Positions 17,886 to 27,470 of a stretch of DNA of 64,000 bases are shown in pieces. The translations under genes were made by a program, and so were the position numbers. The first letter of the stretch is position 1, and every line of letters begins with the position of its first letter. The stretch spans positions 924 through 64,923 of the forward strand of contig CALXJX010000004.1 of the NCBI GenBank assembly GCA_944388735.1. The letters are read 5' to 3'. Source of the stretch: an uncultured Clostridia bacterium. GTDB taxonomy: Bacteria; Bacillota; Clostridia; TANB77; CAG-508. The notes below the pieces were generated by a model. It did no database searches. It was not told the DNA's origin and worked only from the letters and a program-made list of their open reading frames with translations.

Positions 17886-20800
17886 TTAAATATTAATTTT
17901 TTCTTTATTTGTAGTAGATTTATTATTTTCTTTATCCAAAGCCTTAATTTCATTTTCTTTAGCTTGCAAATTATCTTTAGCAACAGTCATTAAAAGTTTT
18001 ATTCTATTAGCTTGATTTGCCTCACTAGCACCCGGATCATAATCAACAGGAGAAATATTTGCTTCTGGATATTTTTCTCTAATAGTTTTAATAACACCTT
18101 TACCAACAACGTGATTAGGTAAGCAAGCAAAAGGTTGAACACAAATAATATTTGGTATGTCATGTTCAATATATTCTATCATTTCAGCAGTCAAGAACCA
18201 ACCTTCGCCAGTTTGATTACCTATAGATAATACATCTTTTACTTTATCTTCTAAATGCCATATATCACAAGGTGGCAAATATCCTTTTTTAGAATTTGCA
18301 AGTGCGATTTTAACATCTTTTTCTAATATATCAATTAATTTAATAGCTGCTTTCATAATTTTAGAAGAAGTTTTGTTAGTATTTAATAAGCTATTAAAAG
18401 TAATTTTATGAGTACACATAAATTTAGCAAATCCCATAAAATCAGGTAAAATTACTTCTGCTCCCTCTTTTTCTAGAAGGTTAACAACAAAATTGTTACC
18501 AAAAGGATGATATTTAATTAAAACTTCTCCAACAACACCAACTCTTGGTTTTTTTATTGAAGTATTTAATTCTATTTTTTCAAAATCGTTAACAATGTCA
18601 TAAATACTTTGTTTAAATTCTTTATTTGTTGATTTTTCTAATAATTTTTTACATTTTTCCATCCAATTATCAAAAAGCTTTTGAGTTTCTCCTTTATTTA
18701 CTTCATAAGCCCTATTTTTTGTTAACATTTTTTGAAGTAAATCACCATAAACAACACATCTTAATAGTTTATCCATAAGAGGAACTGTTAGTTTAAAGCC
18801 AGGCATTTTTTCCATTCCAACAATATTAAAAGATATAACAGGCACATTAGCAAATCCTGCATCTTTTAGAGCTTTTCTAATAAATCCAATATAATTTGTT
18901 GCTCTACATCCACCACCAGTTTGTGACATAATTAAAGCAGTTTTATTTAAGTCATATTTTCCAGATTGAAGAGCTTCAATCATTTGACCAGTTACTAATA
19001 TTGAAGGATAGCAAGCATCATTGTTAACATATTTTAGCCCTGTTTCTACTGTTTTTTGAGTACATTCTTTTAATAGCTCTATATGATAGCCAGAAGAGCG
19101 AACAGCAGCTTCTAATAATTCAAAATGAATTGGTGCCATTTGAGGCATTAATATTGTGTAATCCTTACGCATTTCTTTTGTAAAGATTTTTTTGTGAATT
19201 CCATAATCACCATCAGCTTGTTCTTGTTTCTTTTCGTGTTCACGTTTTTTCATACTTGCTAAAAGTGAACGGATACGGATTCTTACAGCACCTAAATTAT
19301 TTACTTCATCTATTTTTATTAATGTATACATTTTTCCGTAACTAGATAGAATTTCTTCAACTTGATCTGTTGTAACTGCATCAACACCACAACCAAAAGA
19401 ATTTAATTGAACAAGTTCTAGGCAATCGTGTTTACCAACGAAATCTGCAGCAGCATATAATCTTGCATGATATACCCATTGGTCAACAACTCTTAAAGGT
19501 CTTTTTGCTTCTGTCTTATCTGCAACACTATCTTCTGTTAGAACACAAAGCCCAAGAGATGTTATTAAGGTGTCAATTCCGTGATTTATTTCAGGATCTA
19601 CATGATATGGTCTTCCTGCTAAAACAATTCCTTTTAGGTTATTTTCTTCTATGTAACGAACAGTTTCGGTTCCTTTATCTCTAATATCTTTTTTACATTT
19701 TTGATATTCAGCTTCTGCTTTTTCAGCAGCTTCTATTAATTCTGCCTTAGTGAAATTATATTCTTTAAATTCGTCTAATTCTAAAACTTTTTTTACTAAA
19801 TTCTTTTTGTCAAAAGGCAAAAATGGATTCATAAATTTTATATCTGGATTTTTTAACCCTTCAACATTGTTTTTTAGTACTTCTGAATAAGATATAACAA
19901 TTGGGCAATTGTAATGATTATCTGCCTTTTCATATTCTTTTCTTGAATATGGCATACAAGGATAAAAAATCGTTTTAATGCCTTGTTCTAGTAAGCTTTC
20001 AATATGACCATGTGAAAGCTTAGCAGGATAACATACTGATTCTGATGGCATTGATTCCATACCCTTTTCGTAAGTTTTACGAGTTGTTTTTTCAGATAAA
20101 ATTACCCTAAAACCTAATGTTGTAAAAAATGTGAACCAGAATGGGTAGTCTTCGTACATATTTAAAACTCTAGGTATTCCAATAGTTCCTCTGGTTGCAA
20201 ATTGTTCATCTAAAGGTTTGTAATTAAATATTCTTTCATATTTATATTGTATCAAATTTGGTAATTTTTTACCTTTTGTAATAATTCCAGCACCTTTTTC
20301 ACAACGATTTCCAGATACATGTATTTGACCATTACTAAATTTATTTATGGTTAGTTTACAGTGATTTTCACAATTGTTACAACGTGTATGAGTAACTTTA
20401 ATTTCAAGGTTATCTAGCTCGTCAGTTTTTAATATTGTAGATGTATATTCCATATCTAAATTAGATTCATATTGTTCTTTAGATAAAAGAGCCATTCCAT
20501 AAGCACCCATAAGTCCAGCAATATCAGGTCTAACGACATTTTTTCCAACAATTAATTCAAAAGCTCTTAAAACAGCATCATTATAGAAAGTACCACCTTG
20601 AACAACAATGTGTTTACCAAGAGTTTCTACATCTCTAACTTTCATAACTTTTTGAATAGCATTTTTTATTACAGAGTAAGAAAGTCCACTTGAAATATCT
20701 CCAACACTATAACCTTCTTTTTGAGCTTGTTTAATTTTAGAATTCATAAAAACAGTACATCTAGAACCCAAATCAACAGGTCGTTTTGCTTCAATAGCTT

Positions 20801-22208
20801 CTTTTACAAATTCTTCGATACTTAAGTTAAGGCTTTTTGCAAATGTTTCGATAAATGAACCACATCCTGAAGAACAAGCTTCATTTAACATGATATTGTC
20901 AATAGAACCGTTTTTCATACGAATATATTTCATATCTTGTCCGCCAATATCTACAATACTTGTTACATCTGGTTCAAAATTCTTGGCAGCTGTGTAGTGA
21001 GCAATAGTTTCTATTTCATTTAAATCTACATTTAAAGCTGTTTGAATTAATTTTTCACCATATCCTGTAACACCGCTATATCTTAATATAGCTTTTTCTG
21101 GAATATTCGCATATAATTCTTTTAACATTTTCATAACACTACTTAAAGGGTTTCCTTCGTTGCTTCCATATAGAGAATATAATAATCTTCCTTCATTATC
21201 AATTAATACAAGTTTTGTTGTTGTAGAACCTGCATCTATACCAAGGAAACAATCACCTTTATAACTTTTTAAATCTGCTTTTTCAACAGTATCTTTAGCA
21301 TGTCTCTTTTTAAAATCTTCATATTCTTCTTTGTTTCTAAATAGAGGATCAAGAGGATGTGTAGTATTATCTTGAGAATTTTTTAAGTTTTCTATTCTTT
21401 TTTCTAATTCATTTGCATTCATACTTTCAGAATTTATAGAATCTAGGGCAGCACCTTTTGCAACTAATAAATGAGCTTCTTCAGGTACAATTATTTCATC
21501 TGGTGTTAAATGTAAAGTTTCTATAAATCTTTTTCTTAGTTCTGATAAATAATTTAAAGGGCCACCTAAAAAGGCAACATTTCCTCTAATTGGTCTACCA
21601 CATGCAAGACCACTAATTGTTTGATTTACAACTGCTTGAAAGATTGAAGCTGCTATATCTTCTTTTGCGGCTCCTTCATTTATTAGAGGTTGGATATCTG
21701 TTTTTGCAAAAACTCCACAACGAGAAGCTATAGGGTAAATTGTTTGATAATTTTTTGCTAATTCGTTTAGTCCGGCTGTATCTGTATGTAAAAGTGATGC
21801 CATCTGGTCAAGGAAAGCTCCTGTTCCACCAGCACATGTTCCATTCATTCTTTGTTCAATTGATTGGTCAAAATAGATTATTTTGGCATCTTCTCCACCT
21901 AATTCAATTACAACATCTGTTTTAGGTATATATTTTTCAACAGCTCTCTTACATGAAACTACTTCTTGAATGAAATTTACGCCTAAAAATTTTGCAGCAG
22001 ACATAGCACCAGAACCTGTAAGTGCTAGTGTAAATCTGTTTAAAGGATATTTTATTAGTAGATTTTCAAGAACATTACAAACTGTATTTTTGGTATCTGA
22101 GTAATGTCTTTGATAATCTTTATATATTGTATTTTTGTTTTCGTCCATTACGATAATTTTTACTGTTGTTGAACCTACATCTAAACCAACATGTAATAAG
22201 TTTTCCAT
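17886..22208 (-). CDS. acyl-CoA dehydratase activase-related giant protein (two BcrAD/BadFG ATPase repeats plus DUF2229-like C-terminal half)
   Basis: 1440 aa; two ASKHA phosphate-1 motifs (GLDVGSTTVKIIV, GIDAGSTTTKLVL); Cys-rich linker (CNNCENHC). Confidence 0.85.
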   Translation of the reverse strand: MENLLHVGLDVGSTTVKIIVMDENKNTIYKDYQRHYSDTKNTVCNVLENLLIKYPLNRFTLALTGSGAMSAAKFLGVNFIQEVVSCKRAVEKYIPKTDVVIELGGEDAKIIYFDQSIEQRMNGTCAGGTGAFLDQMASLLHTDTAGLNELAKNYQTIYPIASRCGVFAKTDIQPLINEGAAKEDIAASIFQAVVNQTISGLACGRPIRGNVAFLGGPLNYLSELRKRFIETLHLTPDEIIVPEEAHLLVAKGAALDSINSESMNANELEKRIENLKNSQDNTTHPLDPLFRNKEEYEDFKKRHAKDTVEKADLKSYKGDCFLGIDAGSTTTKLVLIDNEGRLLYSLYGSNEGNPLSSVMKMLKELYANIPEKAILRYSGVTGYGEKLIQTALNVDLNEIETIAHYTAAKNFEPDVTSIVDIGGQDMKYIRMKNGSIDNIMLNEACSSGCGSFIETFAKSLNLSIEEFVKEAIEAKRPVDLGSRCTVFMNSKIKQAQKEGYSVGDISSGLSYSVIKNAIQKVMKVRDVETLGKHIVVQGGTFYNDAVLRAFELIVGKNVVRPDIAGLMGAYGMALLSKEQYESNLDMEYTSTILKTDELDNLEIKVTHTRCNNCENHCKLTINKFSNGQIHVSGNRCEKGAGIITKGKKLPNLIQYKYERIFNYKPLDEQFATRGTIGIPRVLNMYEDYPFWFTFFTTLGFRVILSEKTTRKTYEKGMESMPSESVCYPAKLSHGHIESLLEQGIKTIFYPCMPYSRKEYEKADNHYNCPIVISYSEVLKNNVEGLKNPDIKFMNPFLPFDKKNLVKKVLELDEFKEYNFTKAELIEAAEKAEAEYQKCKKDIRDKGTETVRYIEENNLKGIVLAGRPYHVDPEINHGIDTLITSLGLCVLTEDSVADKTEAKRPLRVVDQWVYHARLYAAADFVGKHDCLELVQLNSFGCGVDAVTTDQVEEILSSYGKMYTLIKIDEVNNLGAVRIRIRSLLASMKKREHEKKQEQADGDYGIHKKIFTKEMRKDYTILMPQMAPIHFELLEAAVRSSGYHIELLKECTQKTVETGLKYVNNDACYPSILVTGQMIEALQSGKYDLNKTALIMSQTGGGCRATNYIGFIRKALKDAGFANVPVISFNIVGMEKMPGFKLTVPLMDKLLRCVVYGDLLQKMLTKNRAYEVNKGETQKLFDNWMEKCKKLLEKSTNKEFKQSIYDIVNDFEKIELNTSIKKPRVGVVGEVLIKYHPFGNNFVVNLLEKEGAEVILPDFMGFAKFMCTHKITFNSLLNTNKTSSKIMKAAIKLIDILEKDVKIALANSKKGYLPPCDIWHLEDKVKDVLSIGNQTGEGWFLTAEMIEYIEHDIPNIICVQPFACLPNHVVGKGVIKTIREKYPEANISPVDYDPGASEANQANRIKLLMTVAKDNLQAKENEIKALDKENNKSTTNKEKINI

Positions 22209-22360
22209 ATTAATTTCCTTTCCTTTCTTGGTTTGATTATATAATAGCTATCAAAAACTATTTTTTAAAACTAATGTCCCCTTTTTTGTTATATAGAAAT
22301 CTCTTTAATTGTATACGGAAAAAGGGATTTTGTCAAATGGAAAATACTGTTTAAAGTTTT

Positions 22361-22410
22361 GAAATTCCACGGCACATTCGAAGATTTTTCAAGAAATCAT
22401 CCTTCCTCCA
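22361..22410. repeat. partial (right-end) copy of the modular palindromic repeat
   Basis: TTCCACGGCACATTCGAAGATTTTTCAAGAAATCATCCTTCCTCC matches the right end of 33474-33594 (reverse complement) and 51160-51201. Confidence 0.6.
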
Positions 22411-22523
22411 TTAACCTTTGAAAAAGCAATTTGAATTTTTGAGTTCTAAAAAGGACAAACAAGAATAAAATATATAAAAAAATATAAATCTGGCAAAAAA
22501 CCATATTTATATTCTGGGAAAGG

Positions 22524-23084
22524 ATGAGATTAAATATGAAAAATAAAAAAATTATTATTATTTTTTCTTTAGCATTATTAATAATTTTAATAGGAGGGTA
22601 TTTTACAATTAATTTTGTAAAAAATAAACAACAAGAAACTATGGTAGAAGAATATGTACCAGAAGAAGAAATTACTGCGGAACAACTTAGGCAAACTATT
22701 GTAAGTTTATACTTTCCGGATAAAGAATCAAATGAACTCATGCCTGAAGCTAGGTTAGTTGATATTAAAGAAATTATAAATAATCCAACTGATAAATTAG
22801 TAAATTTATTAATAGAAGGACCTAAAAATGATAAATGTAAAAAAATTATACCTGAAAATACAAAAATATTAAAAACATACATGGAAGGGGATTGTGCCGT
22901 AATTGATTTTTCAAGTGAATTTTTAAATTATAATAAAGAAGATGAAAATGAAAAAAATAATTTAATTAATAGTATCGTGAATACATTAACAGAATTGACA
23001 GAGATAAATAGTGTAAAAATATTAATTAATGGTAATCAATGTGAAGATTTTAATAAAGTTTATACAAGAAAAAGCACAAGTTAA
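22524..23084 (+). CDS. GerMN-domain (GerM-like) sporulation/germination protein
   Basis: N-terminal TM or lipoprotein-like segment. The pattern VSLYFPDKESNELMPEARLV...LLIEGP...AVIDFSSEF...SIVNTLTELTEINSVKILING is typical of GerMN. Start probably ATG 22536. Confidence 0.7.
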   Translation: MRLNMKNKKIIIIFSLALLIILIGGYFTINFVKNKQQETMVEEYVPEEEITAEQLRQTIVSLYFPDKESNELMPEARLVDIKEIINNPTDKLVNLLIEGPKNDKCKKIIPENTKILKTYMEGDCAVIDFSSEFLNYNKEDENEKNNLINSIVNTLTELTEINSVKILINGNQCEDFNKVYTRKSTS

Positions 23085-23512
23085 ATTTGTTAATATTAAT
23101 TGCTAAAATAATTAATAAAATTAAAAAAATAATATTTTATTAATTATTTTAATATTTTAAATATTTTATAATATTTAAAATAATGATGAAAATTATTTAA
23201 AAAATGTTCTACTTCATTTAAAGAATTAAATGTATTTATTTTACAGGTTTTAAAGTTAAAAGTTTTTTTAGGGGGAGGAAGTTTTTCTCCTCTATTATTT
23301 TTTTCGCTATTATTTGGTATTAAATTATTCAAAATATTCACCTCTGTTTTTTTATTTTTTTATATATGAAACTTATTATATATTATATGATTTTTTTGAA
23401 AAATGTTTATGAATATAGTTTAATTTTTTATTATATTAATTTAAAAGATTATTTTTAAAGATTTCGAATTTTAATTTTGATGATGATAGGTGATGTAAAA
23501 AGAAAATAAATT

Positions 23513-23541
23513 TTGATTTTTATTTTTTTATATAGTATAAT
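23513..23541 (+). promoter_or_regulatory. promoter candidate upstream of the A-rich array and the methyltransferase fusion gene
   Basis: TTGATT (23513-23518), 17 nt, TATAAT (23536-23541). Confidence 0.4.
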
Positions 23542-23549
23542 AATAAAAG

Positions 23550-23830
23550 AAACAAATAAAAAAATAAATTAAAAAAACAAATAAGAAAATAAATAAAAAA
23601 AATAAATAAAAAAATAAATAAAAAAATAAATTAAAAAATAAATTTAAAAAAATAAATTAAAAAATAAATTTAAAAAAACAAATAAAAAAATAAATCAAAA
23701 AAAATAAATCAAAAAAATAAACAAAAAAATAAATTAAAAAAACAAATAAAAAAAATAAATTAAAAAAATAAATTAAAAAAATAAATTAAAAAATAAATTT
23801 AAAAAATAAATTTAAAAAAATAATTAAAAG
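23550..23830 (+). repeat. A-rich tandem array, about 22 units of 12-14 nt (AAYAAATWAAAAA)
   Basis: Direct reading: AACAAATAAAAA AATAAATTAAAAA AACAAATAAGAA AATAAATAAAAAA and so on, ending at the RBS of 23845. Confidence 0.85.
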
Positions 23831-23844
23831 AAGGAAAATAAAAA

Positions 23845-25434
23845 ATGGGAATTAAATTAAAAGAAAATGAAAGAATTGATGATTTAGAATTAAAAAATTT
23901 AAAAATTATTCAAGATAAAGAGGGATTTTGCTTTGGAATAGATAGTGTATTATTATCAGATTTTGCTAAAAATATTAAAAAAGATGCAATAGTAATGGAT
24001 TTAGGAACGGGAACGGGAATAATACCTATTTTATTATGTGGAAAAACAGAATTAAAAAAAGTAGTAGGAGTAGAAATACAAGAGCAAGTATATGAAATGG
24101 CAAAAAGAAGTATATTATTAAATAATTTAGAAAATAAATTCGAAATAATAAATGAAAACATTTTAAATTTAAATAAAATTTATGAAAAAAATAGTTTTGA
24201 TGTTATAGTAACAAATCCACCATATAAAAAGAAAGATACAGGAATCTTAAATGAGAATTCTAAAAAGGTAATTTCTAGGCATGAAATTACAGCTAGTTTA
24301 GAAGATTTTATTAGTATATCAAAAGATCTTTTAAAAGATAAAGGTGAATTTTATATGGTACATAAACCAGAAAGATTGGTAGATATTATAACTCTAATGA
24401 AAAAATATAATATAGAGCCTAAATTATTAAGATTTGTGTATTCAAATAAAAATTCAGAACCGAATTTAGTTTTAGTTAAAGGGGTAAAAAACGCGAAAAC
24501 TTTCTTAAAAATAGAAAGAAATTTATATATATATGATGACAACGGAGACTATACAGAAGAAATAAATAGAATTTATAATAGACAAGAAATAGAAAAAAAT
24601 GATAATTTAATAAATGAAGGAGTATTATATATTGTAGCTACACCAATAGGAAATTTAAAAGATATAACTTTAAGAGCAATTCAAGTACTAAAAGAGGTTG
24701 ACGAAATTGCAGCAGAAGACACAAGACATACATTAAAATTATTAAACCATTTAAATATATCAAAGCCACTTATTAGTTATCATAGACACAATGAAGAAAT
24801 TAAATCAGATAGATTAATAAAAGATTTAAAAAATGGTAAAAAAATAGCATTAGTGTCAGATGCTGGTACACCTGGAATTAGTGACCCAGGAGAAGAAATC
24901 ATAAGAAAATGTATAGAAGAAGGAATAAAAGTTATACCAATACCAGGAGCATCTGCCATGATAAATGCGCTAATAGCATCAGGGATAGATACAAAAGAAT
25001 TTATATTTTTAGGATTTTTACCTTTAAATAAGAAAAATAGGAAGGAAAAATTAGAAGAAATCAAAAATACTAATAAGACCATAATTTTATATGAAGCACC
25101 ACATAAAATAAATATGACATTGAATGATTTAAAAGATATAATTGGAAAAAGAAAAATTACACTAGCTAGGGAACTAACAAAAATACATGAGGAATTTATA
25201 AGAGGAAATATAGACGAATTGATACAAAGGGCTGATAATTTAAAAGGTGAAATTGTTATTATTATAGAAGGTAATACTCAAAAACAAGAAAACAATTTAA
25301 ATTTTTTAACTTTAGAAGAACATTATAAATATTATGAAGAAAAAGGTCTTGAGAAAAAAGAAATTATTAAAAAAATTGCTAAAGATAGAAATACAAATAA
25401 AAATGAAATTTATCAAAAATTTATAAATAAATAA
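23845..25434 (+). CDS. rsmI: fusion of tRNA(adenine-N6)-methyltransferase-like (YabB/TrmN6-type) and 16S rRNA C1402 2'-O-methyltransferase RsmI
   Basis: N-half: SAM motif VMDLGTGTGIIP and NPPY (VTNPPYKK). C-half: LYIVATPIGNLKDITLRAIQVLKEVDEIAAEDTRHT and SDAGTPGISDPG, typical of RsmI. Confidence 0.8.
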   Translation: MGIKLKENERIDDLELKNLKIIQDKEGFCFGIDSVLLSDFAKNIKKDAIVMDLGTGTGIIPILLCGKTELKKVVGVEIQEQVYEMAKRSILLNNLENKFEIINENILNLNKIYEKNSFDVIVTNPPYKKKDTGILNENSKKVISRHEITASLEDFISISKDLLKDKGEFYMVHKPERLVDIITLMKKYNIEPKLLRFVYSNKNSEPNLVLVKGVKNAKTFLKIERNLYIYDDNGDYTEEINRIYNRQEIEKNDNLINEGVLYIVATPIGNLKDITLRAIQVLKEVDEIAAEDTRHTLKLLNHLNISKPLISYHRHNEEIKSDRLIKDLKNGKKIALVSDAGTPGISDPGEEIIRKCIEEGIKVIPIPGASAMINALIASGIDTKEFIFLGFLPLNKKNRKEKLEEIKNTNKTIILYEAPHKINMTLNDLKDIIGKRKITLARELTKIHEEFIRGNIDELIQRADNLKGEIVIIIEGNTQKQENNLNFLTLEEHYKYYEEKGLEKKEIIKKIAKDRNTNKNEIYQKFINK

Positions 25435-25450
25435 AATTTCAATAATAAAA

Positions 25451-25478
25451 AGAGGTTTAGTAAATTTGCTAGACCTCT
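25451..25478 (-). terminator. terminator of abrB (possibly bidirectional)
   Basis: Stem AGAGGTTTAG/CTAGACCTCT (9 of 10 bp), loop TAAATTTG, T-run on the minus strand. Confidence 0.6.
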
Positions 25479-25495
25479 AATCATTATATTGAGAA

Positions 25496-25789
25496 TTAAT
25501 TATTTTTTTCTGTTGATGTTTCTGACTCTTGTTTTGTAGCTTTTTCTGATGTTTCAGAAATCTTTTTTGAACAATCTTGACATATTAATTTACCATTATA
25601 TTCAAATAAATTTTCTGTGTTTCCACAGAATATGCAATTTGGTTGAAACTTTTTTAATACTATTGTAGAGCCTTCAACATATATTTCAATTGGATCTTTT
25701 TCGACAATATCAAATTGATTTCTAATTTCTATTGGTATAACTACTCTGCCTAGTTCATCAACTTTTCTAATAATTCCTGTTGACTTCAT
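25496..25789 (-). CDS. abrB: AbrB/SpoVT-family transition-state regulator with C-terminal CxxC...CxxC extension
   Basis: MKSTGIIRKVDELGRVVIPIEIRNQFDI is the classic SpoVT-AbrB swapped-hairpin motif. The tail has CIFC...CQDC. Confidence 0.85.
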   Translation of the reverse strand: MKSTGIIRKVDELGRVVIPIEIRNQFDIVEKDPIEIYVEGSTIVLKKFQPNCIFCGNTENLFEYNGKLICQDCSKKISETSEKATKQESETSTEKNN

Positions 25790-25979
25790 TAGATTTAACC
25801 TCCTTAAAAGTTATAATTTGCAATCCTACATATAAATACTATATCATAAATACAAAAACAGGTCAATTGTATTGGAATAAAAAGTTTTTTTTAGAATAAG
25901 ATTATTTAATAAATAGGATTAAAAACAAATATAATTTTCTAAAATAAAATTTAATACTTGGGAAGGAACAATAATAGGT

Positions 25980-26570
25980 ATGTTAAATATAGTTTGGCCA
26001 ATTTTCATAATAATATCATTTTCTTATGCAATTTTTTCAGGAAATTTAGAGAAATTAAATTCTTCGATTTTTGAAAGTGCAAGTGATGCTGTAAGTTTAA
26101 GTATTAATTTACTAGGAACAATGTGTTTATGGAATGGAATTATGCAAGTCGCAAGCAAAACAAAAGTAATAGACGTGCTTACTAAATTTTTAAAACCTGT
26201 TATTCATTTTTTATTTCCAAAAATAAGAAGAAATAGTCCTGTTGAAAAAGAAATTTCCATGAATATGGTAGCAAATATTTTAGGATTAGGAAATGCGGCT
26301 ACTCCATTAGGCTTAAAAGCAATGAAATCAATGCAAGAAGGGAATCCTAAAAAAGACACACTAACAGATTCAATGGCAATGTTCGTTATCTTAAATACAG
26401 CTTCTATTCAAATAATACCAACTACAGTAATTGCTATTAGAAATTCTTTAGGATCTGAAAATCCAACAGCTATAGTTTTTCCAGTTTGGATAGCAACGAT
26501 TTGTGCCGCAATTGCTGGAATTACAGCTACTAAGATTTTTATCAGAGCAAGTGAAAAGAGGAAACATTAA
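25980..26570 (+). CDS. spmA: spore maturation protein A (nucleoside-recognition domain membrane protein)
   Basis: 196 aa polytopic protein (ANILGLGNAATPLGLKAM), ATGA-coupled to spmB. Confidence 0.8.
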   Translation: MLNIVWPIFIIISFSYAIFSGNLEKLNSSIFESASDAVSLSINLLGTMCLWNGIMQVASKTKVIDVLTKFLKPVIHFLFPKIRRNSPVEKEISMNMVANILGLGNAATPLGLKAMKSMQEGNPKKDTLTDSMAMFVILNTASIQIIPTTVIAIRNSLGSENPTAIVFPVWIATICAAIAGITATKIFIRASEKRKH

Positions 26571-27097
26571 TGGAAATGATTAATTTTATATCAAATTTAG
26601 CAATGCCATTTATTATTTTATTAATTGTAGCTTATGGATTAATAGAGAAAAAGAAAGTTTTTGATGTTTTTTTAGACGGTGCAAAAGAAGGATTAAGTAT
26701 TGTGCTTAGCATATTTCCAACATTAGTAGGATTATTTGTTGCTATTGGAGCTTTAAGAAGTTCAGGTATAATAGATTTAATTGTTAATTTTTTGAGTCCT
26801 GTTTTAGAAATAATTAAATTCCCAAGCGAAATTATGCCATTAGCATTGCTTAGACCAATTTCAGGAAGTAGTTCAATTGCAATTGCAACAGACATAATGA
26901 AAAATTACGGTGTAGATAGTAATCTTGGAATGATTGCTTCAACAATAATGGGTTCAACAGAAACAACATTATATACAATTGCAGTTTATACAAGTTGTGT
27001 AAAGATAAAGAAAACAAGATTTGTTTTGGTTGCATCTTTAATAGCAGATTTTGTTGGAATCCTTGTAAGTGTAGTGGTTTGTCGATTTTTGTCGTAA
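26570..27097 (+). CDS. spmB: spore maturation protein B
   Basis: 175 aa polytopic protein (LLRPISGSSSIAIATDIMKNYG), overlapping start/stop with spmA. Confidence 0.8.
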   Translation: MEMINFISNLAMPFIILLIVAYGLIEKKKVFDVFLDGAKEGLSIVLSIFPTLVGLFVAIGALRSSGIIDLIVNFLSPVLEIIKFPSEIMPLALLRPISGSSSIAIATDIMKNYGVDSNLGMIASTIMGSTETTLYTIAVYTSCVKIKKTRFVLVASLIADFVGILVSVVVCRFLS

Positions 27098-27105
27098 AGT
27101 TTTTG

Positions 27106-27134
27106 TTGACAAATATTTACAAGTGATGTATAAT
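27106..27134 (+). promoter_or_regulatory. consensus sigma-A promoter
   Basis: TTGACA (27106-27111), 17 nt, TATAAT (27129-27134). Confidence 0.6.
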
Positions 27135-27165
27135 GATAAAAATTAATTCAGAAAAGGACAAGTTA

Positions 27166-27267
27166 ATGTTAGCAAAAATTATTTTATTTGTATGTATATT
27201 TTTTTTCATTAGAAAAATTATTATTCAAATTTTAACAATAAAGTTGTCAAAAAAAATTCAAGATTAA
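27166..27267 (+). CDS. candidate 33-aa hydrophobic peptide (type I toxin-like)
   Basis: MLAKIILFVCIFFFIRKIIIQILTIKLSKKIQD; ~30 nt downstream of the consensus promoter; weak RBS AAAGGA; below the ORF-track length cut-off. Confidence 0.3.
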   Translation: MLAKIILFVCIFFFIRKIIIQILTIKLSKKIQD

Positions 27268-27470
27268 TTTAAAACAGTTTTTACTTTTGTAGAGAAAATA
27301 AAGTCCCCCCAAAAAAAGCATAGAATAAAAATTTGAAAAAAATATTAAATTTAAATACAGCCCCTAAGTATTTAATTTATCTATTTATTAGTTCATTATT
27401 TATTTTCTCTACAAAACAAATATATATAATTAGGCAATATAAAAGTTTTTAAAAATTAATAATTAAGAAC

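Noticed and set aside
22397-22882. 161-aa minus-strand ORF overlapping the gerM-like gene
   Set aside because: It overlaps a plus-strand ORF with a recognisable GerMN pattern, its 5' end runs into a repeat fragment, and its translation is I/F/L low complexity.
23550-23830. A-rich tandem arrays (also 56665-57080) as possible CRISPR arrays
   Set aside because: Units are 12-14 nt or 41-42 nt and directly abut one another with no unique spacers. There are no cas genes nearby, and the composition is almost pure A/T.
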